A DNA stretch of 38,017 bases, from assembly GCA_002256025.1 (NCBI GenBank), contig NKIB01015149.1:1-38017 (forward strand). The letters are read 5' to 3'. The notes beneath the pieces were generated by a model that made no database searches, was not told where the DNA came from, and was given only the letters and a program-made list of their open reading frames with translations. How positions within the stretch are numbered: position 1 is the first letter of the stretch; every line of letters starts with the position of its first letter. The DNA is from Asterionella formosa. Lineage: Eukaryota. Made by a program: the position numbers and the translations under genes. Positions 28,801 to 38,017 of this stretch are shown here, piece after piece.

Positions 28801-31800
28801 AAAGAAATACGGAGTTGTTCTCCACGATGCGTTCGCGGTCTTCGAAAATTCCGAAGACAAATCATCAGATGAAGAGTGCAAAAAGGCCAAGGACAACCTA
28901 CTCAAGATTCTAAATGATTTTACCGGTGAACATTTTTCATCAGATACTCTTAATTCCATCGTCTTTCGAGATGCGAAAGAAAACGGAAATTGCTCGACCG
29001 GGAGAAAGCTGATAAGACACAACTCTGCCTCCATTCGCCAGCGAATGGGATTGCACAACGATCTTGTATTGGGAGATTGTGAATACGAAGAATTGCTCCG
29101 TAAGCGCGAACAATATATGGAAGACGCATTACAGCTCAAAGAGGACATGGAAAGAAAAGATAATGATGACGAAGACGAAGAAGGTTCAGACGACGAAGAC
29201 GGTGACAAGAACAGCGTCGCAGTTGATGAGGTTGAAGACGGAACTGAAAAAATAGCTTTTGGGGATGAATGTGGCGCAGGCAATCCTGAACCAGATCGAG
29301 ATGCCAGTGCAACTGCTTCTGCAGTTGCTACTGTGGTCGAGAACTCTGACGAGAACATTAAGGTCGAGGTGACTACTGAAAAAAGCAAGATTGGCAAAGT
29401 TACTCCTCATGACGACTTCTGCGGTGATATCCCCCAGGCTCCTGAGCTTTTGAGAAGATGCCTCGCTGTCCTTCGAACTCTTAGTCTTACAAATGCAGCT
29501 GAGCCTTTCCTCTACCCTGTGGACCCTCAATCCAATCCTGGCTATTACGAAGCAATTCTTCAACCGATGTGTCTCCGTGAAGCTGGGAAGCAACTTCAAG
29601 AAACTTTTTTTAAAAAGTTTTCTGTGTCGAAGTCGCCAGGCGCCAATGATATTGAATCTTGCGTTGCCTCATTCGCCCGCAATCTTCGACTCATCGGCAG
29701 AAATTGCTCGTGTTACTCAAGCGCAGGACCAATGATCATAGCCGCTGGGGACGAAATGCTTCGTATTTTTGAGCGGCTCTTCCTTGATTGGGTTATCGCC
29801 CCCAATCGACTTCTTCCTCCGTTGGATTCTTTAGACGACGATAGGTGTGTTGACTTCCACGAGTCAGACGAGGAAGCAATGGTACTTTTGTGTGATGGAT
29901 GCGAAGGAAAGTACAACATGAGTCGCTTGCAACCACCGCTTCGCGAGGTGCCGAAAGGAGATTGGTTCTGTCCTCGTTGCGTGTCTGGACGTATTTGGGA
30001 GGATCTAGACCCAAGAATAGGTAAGGAAGTCTTCAAAGACAGCGGCAACATCAAAAGCTCGGGAAAGATCAAAAAATTATTTTTCATCTTCCCAGAAAAA
30101 CCGAAGTGCAAACCTCGAATGATGTACGAAATAGATTTCGAAGGCAAGACAGATATATGGACTCTCGACGAGGTGGACAAGAGTTTGTCAGATCGCGGTG
30201 ACGCAGTCGATCCTGTGTGTTGCATCGAAGCCATCGCTGAAAGTCCAGGATATGGAAGGGGGACTGACCGCGGCCTCTATATGGACTTAGTCCCCTCGGC
30301 GTTGAATCCAAGGATTTCTGATAATGCTGCCAAGGCGGCCATTGCAAGTTCTGTGTATCGAAGCACTTTGGCGGGTGCGAACACTTTTCTCCTTGCAGCT
30401 CCAGGAGATTTTAATGCGTCCGAGTGGTTACTACTGTTTGATCTATTGCTCATATCATGCGCGTCGAGTGAAATGATGTTATCGGCGGCGACCAAAATGG
30501 AAGTTGACACAGCAGAAAGCATGGCAAAGGTTCAAGCGAATGTGGGACTTCGAATGCCTCTTTCTAAAATGCTACCTCTTGTATCCGATGACGAAGGTGA
30601 GACAAACGAGCCTGGGTCAACCCCCAAAGTCGAAGACGAGAACGGTAAAGTTCTAACTCCAGCACCACGAGAGACGCCCATTGGAGCGGGCGAAGCGATG
30701 GTCATTGATGCCGGAGCTGTTGAAGTAGTATCTAATGTCAACGTAAACTCTATGCCTCATTTTGGAGATCATGGTTTCGGGGAAGGCGAGCCGCAACCCA
30801 ATGCAGTGATTTCAGAAGTGGAAATTCGAACGAAAATGAGACAAGCTGCCTTTGACGCACAGGAAAAGCGACAGAAGACCCGAGAGGATGCTATGCTAGC
30901 CTTCGCTATCAAGGCACAACTTCGCCCGACGATCGCTTCGTTTGAAATCGACACAGTCTCCCAAGTTGTCGATAGCACTTTGGCACCAACAGATCCAAGT
31001 TTACAAGTTGCCCCTTGTCGTTGTCGTGGCCTCACGTGCGACTTCTGTGGATTGTCCGATGTTGCTCTCGGATCGCCACTCGTTCGAGTACCGAATGCTA
31101 AGGAGTGGAAAGAGATTATGCCACATTCAACGCGGTCGCGGAAGACCCTCCTCGTAGCTGAAACATTCCAAGGCGAGATAGATGGTGTTCCTCAGAAACA
31201 ACATCTAATGGCTGTCAAGATTCGCGTTGGTGGTGAACTATTTTCCAATCCTGATGAAAATTGTTTTTTTGATGGGACGGTAGATGGCGGACTTCTGGCA
31301 TTTCTCCCACGCAACGTGGATGGTTTTCAGGATGAATTGGCTTTCAGGGCTTATGCCAGCCTTCCATTCGTCACTGGTTCATTGTCAGCGCATGAATGTT
31401 GCGCAGTTGCAGCACATAACTCTCGAAAAGAGCGAGTTGTGCAAGAATTCAAGGAATTGAAATCTAGAACCACAGAGGTAGACTCCGGGAACTTCTGTGG
31501 GCGCACACTTGCACTCGGGCGAGATTATGCTGGGCGATCGTACTGGCAGCTGAAGGACAAAGAGTCTTTGTTTGTCGGACCACGAGATTGTGAATCTAAA
31601 CTCTGGCGGCGATATTCAGAGCCCGATGTGATTGCGAGTGTTATCAGCTCATTAGGAGACGATCCAATCACATTTGATTTAAAGCGATCGTTTCCACAGG
31701 CATCGTTGCTACTTCATGGTCGAAAGTGGTCGAATATTTTGCAGAAGAGACAATTTGATGGTACAGCACATTCTCTTTCTACCATACTGGCTAGCGTTGA

Positions 31801-32584
31801 AAAGGATGAAGAAGAGGCAGTAACTGATATCAATGAAGAGGATGAACCCTACAATGCTGGCGAGGAAGTGCTCGTAGAATCGAAATGCGGAAAACTATTG
31901 TGGGATGCAAAAGTCGTGTCTGTGTCACAATCCAGTGAGACTCTTAAGGTTACTGGTTACCGAGTTCGCTATAAGAAGTGGAGTTCTCGATTTGATGAAT
32001 GGGTTGAACCTTCAAGGGTTGTCGAACCCAACGACAACAATCTACAAGTTCAGGAAGAAATGTTGGAAGAGATGATCGCACTAGGTGATGGGGTGCCCGA
32101 GCCCCTGGAAAATATGCTAGCCAAACAATTCCTTCGAGCAAAAGATCGGGCAAGGGGTACAGCCTCGGTTCCAGACCTCCTTAACATCGCTTCAGCAACG
32201 CCAGCTGCACCATCAGGCGAGAAAGCGTTTGCGATAGCAAAGGCAGCTCTGTTACTTGTAGAGGCATCCCTGCCTATTGGAGCGGTCGATAATTCAAACA
32301 CAGGCGCTTGGCGACCGTTATATGCAGCAAAGTGGCGAAAGTTGGTGGAGAATGCAGAGGGACCGTGCGCTTTGACAGCTTGCGCTTATGTCCTTGAAGA
32401 AAGTATCACGCCAGAGTGGATTGACCAACATATTATACACATGCTCTCGTGCCTGCCAGTGAAGTGGAAAGCTATTCGAGATGCGACTGTGTCCAACGTT
32501 GCACTTCGTATTGCACTTCTCGACAAGGGCCTCAATTATGAGAAAATTGACAAGACCAAATTCAGGAACCGTGCTCGAAAATGA
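25812..32584 (+). CDS. Large multidomain chromatin protein (FYRN, Tudor-like, FYRC, DDT-like, bromodomain, PHD, Zn-knuckle, WHIM2/3, chromo-barrel); BAZ/ACF1- or plant MBD9-like architecture; exons 25812-26700 and 26781-32584, ~2230 aa
   Basis: Intron 26701-26780 (GTGCGT...CATAG, 80 nt) joins the ORFs in frame. Motifs: LYPIGFSCDR..LRCTILD (FYRN); GMRVRVRYEHDQWYTGTI..IAYDDGSEE (Tudor); VLRLWDFF (DDT-like); AEPFLYPVD..YYEAILQPM (bromo); LLCDGC..VPKGDWFCPRC (PHD); LGRDYAGRSYW (WHIM2); LWDAKV..YRVRYKKWSSRFDEWV (chromo-barrel). Confidence 0.92.
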
Positions 32585-32741
32585 TAAAATTTCAGCAAGT
32601 ACGGAACACTTTCCTAAATCGAAATTTTTTTAGCAGAACAATTATCGGTACATTTGGAGTAGAATATAAGCTTATTTAAAATAGATGTATGGATAGGAAA
32701 ACGTGTGTGCGTTGCCTGGTCTGAAGCAATATCAAAATAAT

Positions 32742-35308
32742 TTACTGCCACTGGTTCCAAACGACAGGCTTGAGAGTGGGCACAAACAGTTTTGTCCGTT
32801 TCTTGTTGGGTCGGTCCATTGCTTGACCAGAAGTAGCAATCTTGCGAAGCCAGTGACTCCAGGTCGCAAGAGCATCACAGGCAAGGTATTGCATCATTTC
32901 GGTGACAGTTTCGTCGCCACCATGGGCTAATTGCATAATCGTTGCAAAGCATTCCGGAGTATTCGACATTGGGATCAAATTGGCGGGCTCGTCCGTTAAG
33001 TTCTTCAAGGCACTTATTGCTGCCAACTTTTCGTCTGGATCAGTCGCTTGTCTTGCCCTTTGGCACATAACCAAGACAAGCCCTTTCGTGCTAGCGACCT
33101 CTTGGCGGCACGCTTTATCTTGCGAGAGATTTTGCAAGGCACAGCAGGCAAATTTCCTGGCTTCTTCGTTATCTGACGATGACGCTTGAACAAAACACGG
33201 AACCACAACCCTGAGACTAAAAACAATCCACTTCGAGTTCTCTCTATGGCGAGTCAAGTGAGCAAGAATTTTGACAGCATGAACATGACAGGATGCCTCT
33301 TGCAGCTCAGCGTTTTCGACAAGAACATGAACAATGCTGTGTCGAGCGATAGCAAACTATAAATGGCAAATGTGAGATCAATTTTTTAAGGGAGATGACC
33401 AGTTACCTATGCAATACTTACCGCATTATCCTTTTCTTTGATCACATGAAGAAGCATTGCAAATACGTTCTGTCGGGAGCCACGCATGAAAGTGTTCGGA
33501 CTTCGATCATATTGCTCAGCAATGCTCCATGATGGAGAAGTCGGTGAGGTAGTTCGCTGTGGCATTGTGTCTGAATCTGAATCATCATCGTCGGTGTGTC
33601 TCGGCGACGAAGCCATACTCGTGATTGTCATAAACTTGTCCGACTCTTCCGACGTTATGGTTTCATTTCTCTCCATTTCTTCGGAAGAAACCGACGATTC
33701 ATCACTGTGATCCCAAAGGAATTTCTTCTTTGATTTGGATTTCTTCACGATGACTGGTTTGACGACTGACGCAACAGCATCAAGTAGACCAGGAATCTGG
33801 ACCATCAAAAGTCTATTTTCGTTTGTTTTCGACAAATATGCCAATATTCCGCAGCATCCTTGGCGCGCTTCGCCATGGTCGTCTTCAATTACACTGATGA
33901 CTGCTTGAACCAATCCAGCGGAGTGGAAGATTGGCAAACGATTTTCTTTGGGAATACAAAGATTTAACAAGGATGCAACAGCTCTGATACGAGCTTCCAC
34001 ATACTCTCGCCTGGTATAGACATCAACAAAGGATCTCCCAGTATCTTCCAAGAGTGACGTTAATGCTGGCAGGACACCTACGGTCCAGCAAATACGAAGT
34101 CGATTGGCTTCATTGGTAGTAAGGACCTTCAAGGCTCCACATGCATTCTTACGGCGCACCATGTAACCTCGGTCCATAGGCTGGACGTTCTCATCATTGG
34201 GAGACGCAATGGCAGTAAGTAGTTCTGATAATTGTTTATTAGGATCTTTCATCCTTTCTTGAATATTCTCGAGCTGGCGCTCGGCAATATTGCTCAAAAG
34301 GGGCTTTGGAGCTCTGGACGGCGATATAGGCATAGCAGGATGGGAACTTTCCATAAAGGCTGAAATCCCACTCACCACACTTGCATTGTCGGTATTGATC
34401 TGTGGAGAAGCAAAGGGAGAACCAACAATCGGCATGACATTAGACACCGTAATTCCAGTAGCGCCAGAAGTGACTTGAAAATCCCTTGCCACACACGACA
34501 TTCCACTAACAACCGACATTTTGTCGTCTCCATGACCACCTGGGCTCCTTGGAGTTAGTAAGGCGAGAATAGCTGCAGTGGCATTTTCATGAAATATCTC
34601 AGAACGGTTGAGAATGGATGGCACACTTGCGTCACTCATGACACTAGTCCTAGTGTCAAAATTATCGATCGCCGTGTCAACGCGGTAACGAGAATTCTCT
34701 TGAGGTCCCAACCTAAACTCGTCTCGAGCCTGCTTCCGAACATCATCAAGTTCTTGCGATGCAGCGGCTAGCTTTTGAAGTTGTTCTTCCGTTAGTGTGT
34801 CATCGTGGGAATTGCCGTACTTGTCGTCCTCAACTTGCACAGGAGAACCCAACAACTTGGCGGCAGCACCTCCTGCGACCCGTTCACGTCGGGTCCTAAT
34901 AGCGCGTTTTGGGGAAGCCGGCCCAGGTGCCCCAGTCTGTGGAGCGGAGGCAGAAAGTGATGTTTCACTCTTGAGAGATGACGCAGAGATCGGGGAAAGC
35001 GGAGGAGTCGCAGGCCCATTATCAACGCGAAGTACTTCCACGACGCTTCGTCGCAGGCTCGTTGGCAGCGTATCAACGGAAGCAATAGATTTGTCATCAA
35101 CCTCAAAGCAAGGTTGTTTCGGAGATTGAGTCTTTTGCCTTCGATCTTTTCTCGCTCTGAGCAATCGAGATGCTGCCAAGGAGTTTCGTGACAATCGTCC
35201 AGCTGATGCTGGAGAGGCTGGAATGCCGTTGTTGCCCCGTTGATTCGTCAAGATTTGGGCAGCCGTATTCTTCATTATGAGCCCTGAGGCATCCGACGCT
35301 TCATCCAT
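32742..35308 (-). CDS. Armadillo (ARM)-repeat protein with long disordered Ser/Pro-rich N-terminus; exons 35308-33422 and 33356-32742, ~833 aa
   Basis: Intron 33421-33357 (GTAAGT...TATAG, 65 nt, phase 0) joins the two ORFs. ARM-like helical repeats include NACGALKVLT..NR..GVLPALTSLL, RAVASLLNLC..ENR, FACCALQNLS and AAISALKNLT. Confidence 0.87.
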
Positions 35309-35809
35309 GTGGTACCGATGCCTTTCCTTACTGCTGTTGCTTCGATTTTCTGGAGGGGTAGGTTATATCGCACTTATTTGCTCGATGGAGGGGTAAACAT
35401 AAACTATCAATGGTTGGACTACCAAACTCACTGATCCGTGTACTCGGACTAAGAGCCTTTTCTCACTCTCTTACTCACTCTCACTATCTGTCTCTTCCTG
35501 CACTTGGTCACCAAACGACGGCAGAAGTGATCACCTCCTTCTTGACCCAGGAATCATAAAGGATTGATGAAAAAAGGCGGAACAGAAATTTCACGCAAAA
35601 GTAGAAGTATAATCAAGATACTCTCAAGCTTTAGCTATATTATTCCCATAGTCTCAAGATGATGGCGGGCGAACACTGCCAACAGCCAGTTCTCCGTTGA
35701 TTACTTTACGCAGTAATTACGTATACATCCACGACATGCAATGGCCACCTCAACGGAAATAACATAACCGTTATTGACTAGCCGTTTCAAAGTGCCAATG
35801 AGCATGACT

Positions 35810-35832
35810 CGGTACCAGGTACCTGGTACTGG
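35810..35832. repeat. Short GGTACC/CCWGG micro-array
   Basis: CGGTACCAGGTACCTGGTACTGG; a similar one lies at ~7331-7346. Confidence 0.8.
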
Positions 35833-36869
35833 TTCTACCTACTATACAGTAAATGTATTTGTTAATGTACGAAGGATTAAAATACTGAATCACATAAAAA
35901 TACCCGGTAATATCTTCGGATGCGGTGAGGAGCGTTGAATATCAATCATAGCTGTAGTTGAACCGCTTAAGATTCCTGATTCCAGTTTGGTTTTAAGTGT
36001 GACTGATGCTTGGAATGGAGCTGATTCCTATAATAATGCTTCAATAGATCAAAAGAAACATTTTAAATGATCTATCAGTTGATCCTCCTGACTGCACCTG
36101 GTATAAATGGAGATTAAAGGAACAAAACTAATGGAGAGCTACTTTGATCAATCCCAAATCTAGTGTAATAAATGGAATCACCAGAGGTATGCTGGTTATA
36201 GCAGTAAGCATCATGGTGGTAGTGGTATGCATCATAGAAGTACTCGTAGATGATAATAGTCATTGTCAAGATGTATCCAGAAGGTCAGGAAATATTCAAG
36301 AGGAATAGAAGTGGCCTAGTATTATTGATTAAGAAACCAACTTAAACTATGTTTTAGTAGCTAGTAGCTACCTACAATCAATCACCAAGAGCACCTGCTA
36401 GGAGCATGTCACAGATGTAGGCTTAAAAACATAGTCTAGCAATGGCTGACAAGAATAGCTATGTTAATAGATATTTTAAAGGCGGGTTACCAGATTAGTA
36501 AAGAATTTGGTACCAGTTCAAGTTGTCTGGGGAAGCAGAAAAATCAGACAAGTGAGAAGATTCCTGCTTGCTTGCTCTTCTTGTGTTGAAAGATGTGAAG
36601 CCAATTCCTATTTTTGTTTCCAAACCATACAGTTTAACTATCTTGTCATGTGATGTGATTTATGTTGGATGAATTGGCATTCTAAATCAGCGACATGGAT
36701 AAACAGAGACAAAAAAGATGAGGGAGCTGACAAATGATGTGTGATTATTTTGTGAATTTTTTATTTGTTGATGCATAATAAGGCATTGAGCACCAGGTAT
36801 ACTCAATAAATGTATGTCTTGGCAATATGATGTGAAACAAATAGCGTATTATTGGTGACTAATACAGTA

Positions 36870-37301
36870 CACAGGAAACCAAAGTACCTTGTATTGACAG
36901 TATTTTGCATTTCAAGGTTGACCCTGTATTGGTCTATAGTGCTGGATACTGTAATTGTTTTCGCAAATGAGTTATTGGGTCCCATTCAAGAAGGGCTAAC
37001 TTCTATTGGGTCCAAATCAAGGGACACCTTGTATGGGCATGTCCAAAACAAGGTGTACCTTAAATTGGAACTGATGATCTGATTTGTTTATCAATACAAG
37101 GTGGATGCTAAGAAGTAGTAAAACAAATACAAGCTACACCTTGTTTAGGACATTAAACCCTATTTCGGCAAAACGATTCATACCTTGTATTGGCAAAAAT
37201 GCCGGTAATTTCGTGAAATACCTAGTACTGAAAAAAGAGCTTGTTTCCTTGTATTTGCCAAAGCACGGATTCGCAATCTTAAGGTTGCGGCCCTGTAGTT
37301 G
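36870..37301. repeat. Cluster of ACCTTGTATTG-like motifs in both orientations; possible non-autonomous DNA transposon or subterminal repeat region
   Basis: Forward copies at 36886, 36921, 37026, 37057, 37138, 37182, 37220 and 37246. Reverse copies (CAATACAAGGT-like) at ~37044, 37092, 37125 and 37274. Confidence 0.7.
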
Positions 37302-38017
37302 TACTTCAATCCACAATGAGCGAGCAACGAAATAAAATAGTTAAAGGTAAAATTAGCTTTCACCAATACGACCACTTTGCATATGCTTAGATACAGTCAT
37401 GGGTCGACTTAGGGGTATGATCTATATACAGATATGCTAAGGACCTCATTTCTGGAGAGAAGTGGATTGTATGACATGCAATTCCCGCTCCAGCTATCGT
37501 CTTGCCATTCGGGTACTTCTAAGTAATTTTTAGTCTCTAAGTAATTTCTTAAGTAATTTTTATTTAAGGGCAATATGGGGCACATCGAATTTTTCGGCAA
37601 TAAAATTGCCGATTTTAGCATGACAACCAAAATAACGGTAATATGCATGGAGATGGTACAACAAGCGTAAAACACACGAGAATGATTGTAACATGCAACA
37701 TCAATGAAAATTGAACATGATGTTTGGAGCAACCAAAGTATGCAATGCGATGTAATAAGTAGCATCAAATGAGAAATAGAAAAATTGTTTTGGGTTAGAA
37801 ATGAAATTAAAAATAAGAGTTCCAATGGAGACGTATGCATTGTGAATCATTGTAGTACTTACACACCAGCAGGCAACATTGACTTTCCACCACCACACAA
37901 TCGAAGACCAAAATAAGAAGGGAAAAGCTGAACCCAATCTTGACCTACATCGTTATGTAGCGTAAATGGTCTGGTTTCTGCAACCATGCGCATCGCTGTA
38001 GTAGCCTGACACCAGTA

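Noticed and set aside
28696..29397. 233-aa Ser-rich minus-strand ORF and other short ORFs inside the long genes
   Set aside because: Antisense or alternate-frame shadows of Glu/Asp/Lys-rich coding sequence.
35900..36760. Possibly decayed coding or TE sequence
   Set aside because: The frames I read were heavily interrupted and showed no motif I recognise.

Overview
Eukaryotic genomic DNA, most likely a diatom. This rests on short 65-117 nt GT-AG introns, a tandem helicase-associated-domain protein, a Copia 3' end and scattered GGTACC/CCWGG micro-arrays. Host genes in order: class 3 lipase (+), HA-domain protein (-), SHAQKYF-type MYB (+, 1 intron), EXS/ERD1-like membrane protein (+, 1 intron), PRP6 splicing factor (-), a ~2230-aa multidomain chromatin protein (+, 1 intron) and an ARM-repeat protein (-, 1 intron). 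The window starts in the RNase H/PPT/3' LTR of a Ty1/Copia element. The main accessory feature is an ~11.85-kb decayed DNA transposon (12802-24649) with 28-bp TIRs, a frameshifted Plavaka-type (CMC/EnSpm-related) transposase and a second decayed ORF. Its two arms carry a diverged inverted pair of intron-dense micro-exon units. They also carry a repeat module that starts abruptly at the same nucleotide in three places and cuts off the neighbouring sequence. All family assignments come from motif recognition by eye; no database searches were run.
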